A DNA stretch of 64,000 bases from the human T2T-CHM13v2.0 reference genome, Homo sapiens. The DNA lies in the NCBI RefSeq assembly GCF_009914755.1, contig NC_060948.1; one strand, written 5' to 3'. The notes under the pieces are model-generated. The model was not told the origin of the DNA, searched no databases, and saw nothing but the letters and a program-made list of their open reading frames with translations. Each line of letters opens with the position of its first letter. Within the stretch, counting starts at the first letter, position 1. Below, one piece after another: positions 28,789 to 43,001 of this stretch. The translations under genes and the position numbers were made by a program.

Positions 28789-31700
28789 AGGCCTGGAATA
28801 AAGTGGAATGCTACGGTCTCGAATGGAATAAAAATGTATGGAATGGAATGCAATGAAACGGAATCGAATGTCATAGAATGTAATGGAATGCAAAAAAATG
28901 GAATCCAAAATCATTGACTGGAAAGGCTGGGTGTCGAAAGGAATTGACTCCAATGGAATGGAATCGAATGGAATGGAAGTGAATAGAATCGAACTAAATC
29001 GAATGGAATGGAATTGATAGGAACGGAATGGAAAGGAATGCAATGATTTGGCATGGAATGGAATCGAATGGCATCGAATGGAATGGAATGGAATGCAATG
29101 GAATGGAATGTATTAGAATGTAATGAACTTTAATGGAATGTACTCGAATGGATTCGACTGGAATGGAATGTTCTGGAAGTGAATGGACTCCAATGGAATG
29201 GATTCGAAAGGAATGGAATCGAACGGAATGGAATCTAATGGAATGGAATTAAATGGAAATGAATCAAATTGAATAGCACGGAATTGAATTGAATGGAATC
29301 GAATGCAATGGAATCTAATGAAACGGAAAGGAAAGGAATGGAATGGAATGGAATGGGCTGGAATGGAAAGGAATCGAAACGAATGGAATGGAATCGAACT
29401 GAAGAGACTGGAATGGAATGCACTGGAATGGAAGGGAGTGTAATGGAAGGTTCTCGAAAATAATGGAAGCAAATGGAATGGAATTGAATGGAACGGAATA
29501 GAGTCGAATGGAATTGAATGGAATGGAATGGACTAGAGTGAAATGGAATCGAACCACAAGGAATGGACAGGAATAGAATGGTCTCGAATTGAATGGAATC
29601 GTATGGAATGGCATCAAACGGAATGGAATGGACAGCCACGGAATGGAATGCACTCGAATGCAATGGAGTCGAAACTTATGGACTGGAATAGAATGGACTC
29701 GACTGGTATGGACACCAATGGAATGGAATCGAATGGAAGGGATTCGAACGGAATGGACTCGAAGGGAAAAGACTGCAATGGAAAGGTCTCGAATGGAATG
29801 GAAATTAATGGAATGGAATGGAATCGAATGAAATGGAGTCAAAAGGAATGGAATCGAATGGCAAGAAATCGAATGTAATGGAATCGCAAGGAATTGATGT
29901 GAACGGAACGGAATGGAATGGAATCCAAAGGAATGGAATAGAATGGAATGGAATCGAATGGAAAGGACTCGAATGGAAATCACTCGAATAGAATGCAATT
30001 TAATAAAATAGGATCAAATGTAATTGAATGGAATGGAAAGGAATCGAAACGAGAGGAATGGAGACAGATGGAATGGAATGGAACAGGGAGCAATGGTATA
30101 GAATGGAATGGAATCATCTGGAATGGAATTGAATGGAATGGAATAATATGAAATGGAATGGAATGGAATGCCCTTGAATTAAATGGACTGGAATGGAATG
30201 GACTCGAACAGAGTGGAATGGAAAGTGTTGAGATAGAATGGAATGGACTCTTTTGGAATGGTCTAGTATGCAATGCAATCGACTGGCAGGGAATCAAAAG
30301 GAATGTAATCGAATGGATTAGACTGGAATGCAATGGACTCGAATAGATTGGAAACGGAATGCAAAGGAATGGAATGGAATAGTATGGAATGGAATGGAAA
30401 GGAATGGAGTGGAATAGACTAGAGTGGAATGGAATGGACTGGAAAGCAATGGACTGGAATGGAACTTTCTTGAATGGACTGGAATCAAACGGAATGGAAT
30501 GCAATGCAATCAAATGGCATGGAATAAAATAGAATGAAAGAGAATCAAATGGAATTGAATCGAATGGAATCGAATGGATTGGAAAGGAATAGAATGGAAT
30601 GGAATGGAATTGACTCAAATGGAATGGACTAGAATGGAATGGATTCGAATGGAAGGCAAAGGAATGGAATCTATTGGAATGGACTGTAATGGAATGGAAT
30701 GGAAGGGATTGGAATGGACTCGAATGGAATGGACTGCAATAGAAAGGATTCGAATGGAATGAAAAAGAGTTGAATGGAATAGAACAGAATGGAATCAAAT
30801 CGAATGAAATGGAATGGAATAGAAAGGAATGGAATGAAATGGAATGGAAAGGATTCGAATGGAATGCAATCGAATGGAATGGAATCGAACGGAATGGAAT
30901 AAAATGGAAGAAAACTGGCAAGAAATGGAATCGAAATGAATGGAGTGTTATGGAACGGACTCAAAAGGAATTGAATGTAATAGAATGGAGTGGAGTGGAC
31001 TCGAATATAATGGACTGGAATGGAATGAAATCACATGGAATGGGAACGAATGGAATGGAATGGAAAGGAATGGAATCGAATGGAAAGGAATCGAATGGAA
31101 GGGAATGAAATTGAATCAACAGGAATGGAAGGGAATAGAATAGACGGTAATGGAATGGACTCGAATAGAATGGACACGAATGCTCAAATTGAATGGACTC
31201 GAATGGAATGGAAACGAAAGGAATGTCATCGAATGGAATTGAATCGATTGGAATGAAATCGCATAGAATGGAGTGGAATCAAATGGAATTGAATCGAAAG
31301 GAAAGGAAGCGAATGGACTGAAATGAAATGGAATGGAATTGAATGGAAAGTAATGCAATGGAATAGAATGGAACGAAATTTCACGGAATGGAATCAAACT
31401 GAATGGAATCAAATCAATGGAATCAAATCAAATGGAATGGAAAGGAATTGAATGGAGTAGATTGGATTGGATGGGATTGGAATGAAATGTACTGGAAAGG
31501 ACTCGAATTTCATGAAACGGAATGGAATGAATTGGAACGGAATGGACTCAAATGGAATGGAATGTCATGGAATGGCATCAAGTGGAATGGCATCAAATGG
31601 AATGGAATCGAATGCAATGGAATGCTATCGAATGGAATGGAATGCATTGGAATGGAATGTCCTCTAATGGAATGGATTCGAGTGGAATGGAATCGAATAT

Positions 31701-32322
31701 AATGGAGTCGAATGAAAAGGAATTGAAAGGAATGGGATCGAATACAATGGAATATACTGGAATGTAATGTAATGAACTCGAATGTAATTGACTGGAATGG
31801 AATGTACATGAATGGAATGTAATCGAATGGAAAGTAATCCAATGGAATAGAATCTAATGCAATAAAATCGACTCAGATAGAGTAGAATGTAATGGAATGG
31901 AGGGCAGTGCAATGGAATGGAATGGAATGGAATGCAATGGAATGGAATGGAATGGAATGGGATGGAATGGTATGGAATGGATAGTAATGGACTGGAATGA
32001 AATGGACTGGAAAAGAATGGACTCAAATTGAAAGGGCTCGAAAGGAATGGAGTCAAATGGAATGGTCTGGAATGGAATGAACACGAATGTAATGCAATCC
32101 AATAGAATGGAATCGAATGGCATGGAATATAAAGAAATGGAATCGAAGAGAATGGAAACAAATGGAATGGAATTGAATGGAATGGAATTGAATGGAATGG
32201 GAACGAATGGAGTGAAATTGTATGCAGTAGAAGAGAATAGAATGGAATGCAAGCGAAAGGAAAGGAATGGATTGCAATGGAATGGAATTCATTGAAATGG
32301 AAGGAAATGTAGTGTAATGGAC
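28789..32322. repeat. DYZ1 unit U9 (3534 bp, U7-like)
   Basis: StuI sites 28789 and 32323. Confidence 0.9.
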
Positions 32323-35300
32323 AGGCCTGGAATAAAGTGGAATGCTACGGTCTCGAATGGAATAAAAATGTATGGAATGGAATGCAATGAAACGGAATCG
32401 AATGTCATAGAATGTAATGGAATGCAAAAAAATGGAATCCAAAATCATTGACTGGAAAGGCTGGGTGTCGAAAGGAATTGACTCCAATGGAATGGAATCG
32501 AATGGAATGGAAGTGAATAGAATCGAACTAAATCGAATGGAATGGAATTGATAGGAACGGAATGGAAAGGAATGCAATGATTTGGCATGGAATGGAATCG
32601 AATGGCATCGAATGGAATGGAATGGAATGCAATGGAATGGAATGTATTAGAATGTAATGAACATTAATGGAATGTACTCGAATGGATTCGACTGGAATGG
32701 AATGTTCTGGAAGTGAATGGACTCCAATGGAATGGATTCGAAAGGAATGGAATCGAACGGAATGGAATCTAATGGAATGGAATTAAATGGAAATGAATCA
32801 AATTGAATAGCCGGAATTGAATTGAATGGAATCGAATGCAATGGAATCTAATGAAACGGAAAGGAAAGGAATGGAATGGAATGGAATGGGCTGGAATGGA
32901 AAGGAATCGAAACGAATGGAATGGAAGCGAACTGAAGAGACTGGAATGGAATGCACTGGAATGGAAGGGATTGTAATGGAAGGTTCTCGAAAATAATGGA
33001 AGCAAATGGAATGGAATTGAATGGAACGGAATAGAGTCGAATGGAATTGAATGGAATGGAATGGACTAGAGTGAAATGGAATCGAACCACAAGGAATGGA
33101 CAGGAATAGAATGGTCTCGAATTGAATGGAATCGTATGGAATGGCATCAAACGGAATGGAATGGACAGCCACGGAATGGAATGGACTCGAATGCAATGGA
33201 GTCGAAACTTATGGACTGGAATAGAATGGACTCGACTGGTACGGACTCCAATGGAATGGAATCGAATGGAAGGGATTCGAACGGAATGGACTCGAAGGGA
33301 AAAGACTGCAATGGAAAGGTCTCGAATGGAATGGAAATTAATGGAATGGAATGGAATCGAATGAAATGGAGTCAAAAGGAATGGAATCGAATGGCAAGAA
33401 ATCGAATGTAATGGAATCGCAAGGAATTGATGTGAATGGAACGGAATGGAATGGAATCCAAAGGAATGGAATAGAATGGAATGGAATCGAATGGAAAGGA
33501 CTCGAATGGAAATCACTCGAATAGAATGCAATTTAATAAAATAGGATCAAATGTAATGGAATGGAATGGAAAGGAATCGAAACGAAAGGAATGGAGACAG
33601 ATGGAATGGAATGGAACAGAGAGCAATGGTATAGAATGGAATGGAATCATCTGGAATGGAATTGAATGGAATGGAATAATATGAAATGGAATGGAATGGA
33701 ATGGAATGGAATGCCCTTGAATTAAATGGACTGGAATGGAATGGACTCGAACAGAGTGGAATGGAAAGTGTTGAGATAGAATGGAATGGACTCCTTTGGA
33801 ATGGTCTAGTATGCAATGCAATCGACTGGCAGGGAATCAAAAGGAATGTAATGGAATGGATTGGACTGGAATGCAATGGACTCGAATAGATTGGAAACGG
33901 AATGCAAAGGAATGGAATGGAATAGTATGGAATGGAATGGAAAGGAATGGAGTGGAATAGACTAGAGTGGAATGGAATGAACTGGAAAGCAATGGACTGG
34001 AATGGAACTTTCTTGAATGGACTGGAATCAAACGGAATGGAATGCAATGCAATCAAATGGCATGGAATAAAATAGAATGAAAGAGAATCAAATGGAATTG
34101 AATCGAATGGAATCGAATGGATTGGAAAGGAATAGAATGGAATGGAATGGAATTGACTCAAATGGAATGGACTAGAATGGAATGGATTCGAATGGAAGGC
34201 AAAGGAATGGAATCTATTGGAATGGACTGTAATGGAATGGAATGGAAGGGATTGGAATGGACTCGAATGGAATGGACTGCAATAGAAAGGATTCGAATGG
34301 AATGAAAAAGAATTGAATGGAATAGAACAGAATGGAATCAAATCGAATGAAATGGAATGGAATAGAAAGGAATGGAATGAAATGGAATGGAAAGGATTCG
34401 AATGGAATGCAATCGAATGGAATGGAATCGAACGGAATGGAATAAAATGGAAGAAAACTGGCAAGAAATGGAATCGAAATGAATGGAGTGTTATGGAACG
34501 GACTCAAAAGGAATTGAATGTAATAGAATGGAGTGGAGTGGACTCGAATATAATGGACTGGAATGGAATGAAATCACATGGAATGGGAACGAATGGAATG
34601 GAATGGAAAGGAATGGAATCGAATGGAAAGGAATCGAATGGAAGGGAATGAAATTGAATCAACAGGAATGGAAGGGAATAGAATAGACGGTAATGGAATG
34701 GACTCGAATAGAATGGACACGCATGCTCAAATTGAATGGACTCGAATGGAATGGAAACGAAAGGAATGTCATCGAATGGAATTGAATCGATTGGAATGAA
34801 ATCGCATAGAATGGAGTGGAATCAAATGGAATTGAATCGAAAGGAAAGGAAGCGAATGGACTGAAATGAAATGGAATGGAATTGAATGGAAAGTAATGCA
34901 ATGGAATAGAATGGAACGAAATTTCACGGAATGGAAACAAACTGAATGGAATCAAATCAATGGAATCAAATCAAATGGAATGGAGTAGATTGGATTGGAT
35001 GGGATTGGAATGAAATGTACTGGAAAGGACTCGAATTTCATGAAACGGAATGGAATGAATTGGAACGGAATGGACTCGAATGGAATGGAATGTCATAGAA
35101 TGGCATCAAATGGAATGGCATCAAATGGAATGGAATCGAATGCAATGGAATGCTATGGAATGGAATGGAATGCATTGGAATGGAATGTCCTCTAATGGAA
35201 TGGATTCGAGTGGAATGGAATCGAATATAATGGAGTCGAATGAAATGGAATTGAAAGGAATGGGATCGAATACAATGGAATATACTGGAATGTAATGTAA

Positions 35301-35860
35301 TGAACTCGAATGTAATCGACTGGAATGGAATGTACATGAATGGAATGTAATCGAATGGAAAGTAATCCAATGGAATAGAATCTAATGCAATAAAATCGAC
35401 TCAGATAGAGTAGAATGTAATGGAATGGAGTGCAGTGCAATGGAATGGAATGGAATGGAATGCAATGGAATGGAATGGAATGGAATGGAATGGAATGGGA
35501 GTGAATGGTATGGAATGGATAGTAATGGACTGGAGTGAAATGGACTGGAAAGGAATGGACTCAAATTGAAAGGGCTCGAAAGGAATGGAGTCAAATGGAA
35601 TGGTCTGGAATGGAATGAACACGAATGTAATGCAATCCAATAGAATGGAATCGAATGGCATGGAATATAAAGAAATGGAATCGAAGAGAATGGAAACAAA
35701 TGGAATGGAATTGAATGGAATGGAATTGAATGGAATGGGAACGAATGGAGTGAAATTGTATGCAGTAGAAGGGAATAGAATGGAATGCAAGCGAAAGGAA
35801 AGGAATGGATTGGAATGGAATGGAATTCATTGGAATGGAAGGGAATGTAGTGTAATGGAC
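32323..35860. repeat. DYZ1 unit U10 (3538 bp, near-copy of U8)
   Basis: StuI sites 32323 and 35861. Confidence 0.9.
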
Positions 35861-38800
35861 AGGCCTGGAATAAAGTGGAATGCTACGGTCTCGAATGGAA
35901 TAAAAATGTATGGAATGGAATGCAATGAAACGGAATCGAATGTCATAGAATGTAATGGAATGCAAAAAAATGGAATCCAAAATCATTGAATGGAAAGGCT
36001 GGGTGTCGAAAGGAATTGACTGCAATGGAATGGAATCGAATGGAATGGAAGTGAATAGAATCGAACTAAATCGAATGGAATGGAATTGATAGGAACGGAA
36101 TGGAAAGGAATGCAATGATTTGGCATGGAATGGAATCGAATGGCATCGAATGGAATGGAATGGAATGCAATGGAATGGAATGTATTAGAATGTAATGAAC
36201 ATTAGTGGAATGTACTCGAATGGATTCGACTGGAATGGAATGTTCTGGAAGTGAATGGACTCCAATGGAATGGATTCGAAAGGAATGGAATCGAACGGAA
36301 TGGAATCTAATGGAATGGAATTAAATGGAAATGAATCAAATTGAATAGCACGGAATTGAATTGAATGGAATCGAATGCAATGGAATCTAATGAAACGGAA
36401 AGGAAAGAATGGAATGGAATAGAATGGGCTGGAATGGAAAGGAATCGAAACGAATGGAATGGAATCGAACTGAAGAGACTGGAATGGAATGCACTGGAAT
36501 GGAAGGGAGTGTAATGGAAGGTTCTCGAAAAAAATGGAATCGAATGGAATGGAATTGAATGGAACGGAATAGAGTCGAATGGAATTGAATGGAATGGAAT
36601 GGACTAGAGTGAAATGGAATCGAACCACAAGGAATGGACAGGAATAGAATGGTCTCGAATTGAATGGAATCGTATTGAATGGCATCAAACGGAATGGAAT
36701 GGACAGTCACGGAATGGAATGCACTCGAATGCAATGGAGTCGAAACTAATGGACTGGAATAGAATGGACTCGACTGGTACGGACTCCAATGCAATGGAAT
36801 CGAATGGAAGGGAATCGAACGGAAGGGAATCGAACGGAATGGACTCGAAGGGAAAAGACTGCAATGGAAAGGTCTCGAATGGAATGGAAATTAATGGAAT
36901 GGAATGGAATCGAATGAAATGGAGTCAAAAGGAATGGAATCGAATGGCAAGAAATCGAATGTAATGGAATCGCCAGGAATTGATGTGAACGGAACGGAAT
37001 GGAATGGAATCCAAAGGAATGGAATAGAATGGAATGGAATCGAATGGAAAGGACTCGAATGGAAATCACTCGAATAGAATGCAATTTAATAAAATAGGAT
37101 CAAATGTAATGGAATGGAATGGAAAGGAATCGAAACGAAAGGAATGGAGACAGATGGAATGGAATGGAACAGAGAGCAATGGTATAGAATGGAATGGAAT
37201 CATCTGGAATGGAATTGAATGGAATGGAATAATATGAAATGGAATGGAATGGAATGCCCTTGAATTAAATGGACTGGAATGGAATGGACTCAAACAGAGT
37301 GAAATGGAAAGTGTGGAGATAGAATGGAATGAACTCCTTTGGAATGGTGTAGTATGCAATGCAATCGACTGGCAGGGAATCAAAAGGAATGTAATCGAAT
37401 GGATTGGACTGGAATGCAATGGACTCGAATAGATTGGAAACGGAATGCAAAGGAATGGAATGGAATAGTATGGAATGCAATGGAAGGGAATGGAGTGGAA
37501 TAGACTAGAGTGGAATGGAATGGACTGGAAAGCAATGGACTGGAATGGAACTTTCTTGGATGGACTGGAATCAAACGGAATGGAATGCAATGCAGTCAAA
37601 TGGCATGGAATAAAATAGAATGAAAGAGAATCAAATGGAATTGAATCGAATGGAATCGAATGGATTGGAAAGGAATAGAATGGAATGGAATGGAATTGAC
37701 TCAAATGGAATGGACTAGAATGGAATGGATTCGAATGGAAGGCAAAGGAATGGAATCTATTGGAATGGACTGTAATGGAATGGAATGGAAGGGATTGGAA
37801 TGGACTCGAATGGAATGGACTGCAATAGAAAGGATTCGAATGGAATGAAAAAGAATTGAATGGAATAGAACAGAATGGAATCAAATCGAATGAAATGGAA
37901 TGGAATAGAAAGGAATGGAATGAAATGGAATGGAAAGGATTCGAATGGAATGCAATCGAATGGAATGGAATCGAACGGAATGGAATAAAATGGAAGAAAA
38001 CTGGCAAGAAATGGAATCGAAATGAATGGAGTGTTATGGAACGGACTCAAAAGGAATTGAATGTAACAGAATGGAGTGGAGTGGACTCGAATATAATGGA
38101 CTGGAATGGAATGAAATCACATGGAATGGGAACGAATGGAATGGAATGGAAAGGAATGGAATCGAATGGAAAGGAATCGAATGGAAGGGAATGAAATTGA
38201 ATCAACAGGAATGGAAGGGAATAGAATAGACTGTAATGGAATGGACTCGAATAGAATGGACACGAATGCTCAAATTAAATGGACTCGAATGGAATGGAAA
38301 CGAAAGGAATGTCATCGAATGGAATTGAATCGACTGGAATGAAATCGCATAGAATGGAGTGGAATCAAATGGAATTGAATCGAAAGGAAAGGAAGCGAAT
38401 GGACTGAAATGAAATGGAATGGAATTGAATGGAAAGTAATGCAATGGAATAGAATGGAACGAAATTTCACGGAATGGAATCAAACTGAATGGAATCAAAT
38501 CAATGGAATCAAATCAAATGGAATGGAAAGGAATTGAATGGAGTAGATGGGATTGGATGGGATTGGAATGAAATGTACTGGAAAGGCCTCGAATTTCATG
38601 AAACGGAATGGAATGAATTGGAACGGAATGGACTCGAATGGAATGGAATGTCATGGGATGGCATCAAATGGAATGGCATCAAATGGAATGGAATCGAATG
38701 CAATGGAATGCTATGGAATGGAATGGAATGCATTGGAATGGAATGTCCTCTAATGGAATGGATTCGAGTGGAATGGAATTGAATATAATGGAGTCGAATG

Positions 38801-39433
38801 AAATGGAATTGAAAGGAATGGGATCGAATACAATGGAATATACTGGAATGTAATGTAATGAACTCGAATGTAATTGACTGGAATGGAATGTACATGAATG
38901 GAATGTAATCGAATGGAAAGTAATCCAATGGAATAGAATCTAATGCAATAAAATCGACTCAGACAGAGTAGAATGTAATGGAATGGAGTGCAGTGCAATG
39001 GAATGGAATGGAATGGAATGCAATGGAATGGAATGGTATGGAATGGAATGGAATGGAATGGAATGGAATGGAATGGAATGGAATGGGATGGAATGGTATG
39101 GAATGGATAGTAATGAACTGGAGTGAAATGGACTGGAAAGGAATGGACTCAAATTGAAAGGGCTCGAAAGGAATGGAGTCAAATGGAATGGTCTGGAATG
39201 GAATGAACACGAATGTAATGCAACCCAATAGAATGGAATCGAATGGCATGGAATATAAAGAAATGGAATCGAAGAGAATGGAAACAAATGGAATGGAATT
39301 GAATGGAATGGGAACGAATGGAGTGAAATTGTATGCAGTAGAAGAGAATAGAATGGAATGCAAGCGAAAGGAAAGGAATGGATTGGAATGGAATGGAATT
39401 CATTGGAATGGAAGGGAATGTAGTGTAATGGAC
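35861..39433. repeat. DYZ1 unit U11 (3573 bp, Y/X recombinant, extra internal StuI/HaeIII site)
   Basis: StuI sites 35861 and 39434; additional AGGCCT at 38584. Confidence 0.9.
39021..39090. repeat. Longest copy of the per-unit variable (GAATG)n tract (12 pentamers, one GTATG)
   Basis: Lies between the second CAATG and GGATG near each unit end; copy number 4-12 across units. Confidence 0.8.
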
Positions 39434-42400
39434 AGGCCTGGAATAAAGTGGAATGCTACGGTCTCGAATGGAATAAAAATATATGGAATGGAATGCAATG
39501 AAACGGAATCGAATGTCATAGAATGTAATGGAATGCAAAAAAATGGAATCCAAAATCATTGACTGGAAAGGCTGGGTGTCGAAAGGAATTGACTCCAATG
39601 GAATGGAATCGAATGGAATGGAAGTGAATAGAATCGAACTAAATCGAATGGAGTGGAATTGATAGGAACGGAATGGAAAGGAATGCAATGATTTGGCATG
39701 GAATGGAATCGAATGGCATCGAATGGAATGGAATGGAATGCAATGGAATGGAATGTATTAGAATGTAATGAACTTTAATGGAATGTACTCGAATGGATTC
39801 GACTGGAATGGAATGTTCTGGAAGTGAATGGACTCCAATGGAATGGATTCAAAAGGAATGGAATCGTACGGAATGGAATCTAATGGAATGGAATTAAATG
39901 GAAATGAATCAAATTGAATAGCACGGAATTGAATTGAATGGAATCGAATGCAATGGAATCTAATGAAACGGAAAGGAAAGGAATGCAATGGAATGGAATG
40001 GGCTGGAATGGAAAGGAATCGAAACGAATGGAATGGAATCGAACTGAAGAGACTGGAATGGAATGCACTGGAATGGAAGGGAGTGTAATGGAAGGTTCTC
40101 GAAAAAAATGGAATCGAATGGAATGGAATTGAATGGAACGGAATAGAGTCGAATGGAATTGAATGGAATGGAATGGAGTAGAGTGAAATGGAATCGAACC
40201 ACAAGGAATGGACAGGAATAGAATGGTCTCGAATTGAATGGAATCGTATGGAATGGCATCAAACGGAATGGAATGGACAGCCACGGAATGGAATGCACTC
40301 GAATGCAATGGAGTCGAATCTAATGGACTGGAATAGAATGGACTCGACTGGTACGGACTCCAATGGAATGGAATCGAATGGAAGGGAATCGAACGGAAGG
40401 GAATCGAACGGAATGGACTTGAAGGGAAAAGACTGCAATGGAAAGGTCTCGAATGGAATGGAAATTAATGGAATGGAATGGAATCGAATGAAATGGAGTC
40501 AAAATGAATCGAATCGAATGGCAAGAAATCGAATGTAATGGAATCGCCAGGAATTGATGTGAACGGAACGGAATGGAATGGAATCCAAAGGAATGGAATA
40601 GAATGGAATGGAATCGAATGGAAAGGACTCGAATGGAAATCACTCGAATAGAATGCAATTTAATAAAATAGGATCAAATGTAATGGAATGGAATGGAAAG
40701 GAATCGAAACGAAAGGAATGGAGACAGATGGAATGGAATGGAACAGAGAGCAATGGTATAGAATGGAATGGAATCATCTGGAATGGAATTGAATGGAATG
40801 GAATAATATGAAATGGAATGGAATGGAATGGAATGGAATGCCCTTGAATTAAATGGACTGGAATGGAATGGACTCAAACAGAGTGGAATGGAAAGTGTGG
40901 AGATAGAATGGAATGAACTCCTTTGGAATGGTCTAGTAGGCAATGCAATCGACTGGCAGGGAATCAAAAGGAATGTAATCGAATGGATTGGACTGGAATG
41001 CAATGGACTCGAATAGATTGGAAACGGAATGCAAAGAATGGAATGGAATAGTATGGAATGGAATGGAAAGGAATGGAGTGGAACAGACTAGAGTGGAATG
41101 GAATGGACTGGAAAGCAATGGACTGGAATGGAACTTTCTTGAATGGACTGGAATCAAACGGAATGGAATGCAATGCAATCAAATGGCATGGAATAAAATA
41201 GAATGAAAGAGAATCAAATGGAATTGAATCGAATGGAATCGAATGGATTGGAAAGGAATAGAATGGAATGGAATGGAATTGACTCAAATGGAATCTACTA
41301 GAATGGAATGGATTCGAATGGAAGGCAAAGGAATGGAATCTATTGGAATGGACTGTAATGGAATGGAATGGAAGGGATTGGAATGGACTCGAATGGAATG
41401 GACTGCAATAGAAAGGATTCGAATGGAATGAAAAAGAATTGAATGGAATAGAACAGAATGGAATCAAATCGAATGAAATGGAATGGAATAGAAAGGAATG
41501 GAATGAAATGGAATGGAAAGGATTCGAATGGAATGCAATCGAATGGAATGGAATCGAACGGAATGGAATAAAATGGAAGAAAACTGGCAAGAAATGGAAT
41601 CGAAATGAATGGAGTGTTATGGAACGGACTCAAAAGGAATTGAATGTAATAGAATGGAGTGGAGTGGACTCGAATATAATGGACTGGAATGGAATGAAAT
41701 CACATGGAATGGGAACGAATGGAATGGAATGGAAAGGAATGGAATCGAATGGAAAGGAATCGAATGGAAGGGAATGAAATTGAATCAACAGGAATGGAAG
41801 GGAATAGAATAGACGGTAATGGAATGGACTCGAATAGAATGGACACGAATGCTCAAATTCAATGGACTCGAATGGAATGGAAACGAAAGGAATGTCATCG
41901 AATGGAATTGAATCGATTGGAATGAAATCGCATAGAATGGAGTGGAATCAAATGGAATTGAATCGAAAGGAAAGGAAGCGAATGGACTGAAATGAAATGG
42001 AATGGAATTGAATGGAAAGTAATGCAATGGAATAGAATGGAACGAAATTTCACGGAATGGAATCAAACTGAATGGAATCAAATCAATGGAATCAAATCAA
42101 ATGGAATGGAAAGGAATTGAATGGAGTAGATGGGATTGGATGGGATTGGAATGAAATGTACTGGAAAGGACTCGAATTTCATGAAACGGAATGGAATGAA
42201 TTGGAACGGAATGGACTCGAATGGAATGGAATGTCATGGGATGGCATCAAATGGAATGGCATCAAATGGAATGGAATCGAATGCAATGGAATGCTATGGA
42301 ATGGAATGGAATGCATTGGAATGGAATGTCCTCTAATGGAATGGATTCGAGTGGAATGGAATTGAATATAATGGAGTCGAATGAAATGGAATTGAAAGGA

Positions 42401-43001
42401 ATGGGATCGAATACAATGGAATATACTGGAATGTAACGTAATGAACTCGAATATAATTAACTGGAATGGAATGTACATGAATGGAATGTAATCGAATGGA
42501 AAGTAATCCAATGGAATAGAATCTAATGCAATAAAATCGACTCAGATAGAGTAGAATGTAATGGAATGGAGTGCAGTGCAATGGAATGGAATGGAATGGA
42601 ATGCAATGGAATGGAATGGAATGGAATGGAATGGAATGGAATGGAATGGAATGGGATGGAATGGTATGGAATGGATAGTAATGGACTGGAGTGAAATGGA
42701 CTGGAAAGGAATGGACTCAAATTGAAAGGGCTCGAAAGGAATGGATTCAAATGGAATGGTCTGAAATGGAATGAACACGAATGTAATGCAACCCAATAGA
42801 ATGGAATCGAATGGCATGGAATGTAAAGAAATGGAATCGAAGAGAATGGAAACAAATGGAATGGAATTGAATGGAATGGGAACGAATGGAGTGAAATTGT
42901 ATGCAGTAGAAGAGAATAGAATGGAATGCAAGCGAAAGGAAAGGAATGGATTGGAATGGAATGGAATTCATTGGAATGGAAGGGAATGTAGTGTAATGGA
43001 C
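39434..43001. repeat. DYZ1 unit U12 (3568 bp, X)
   Basis: StuI sites 39434 and 43002. Confidence 0.9.
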
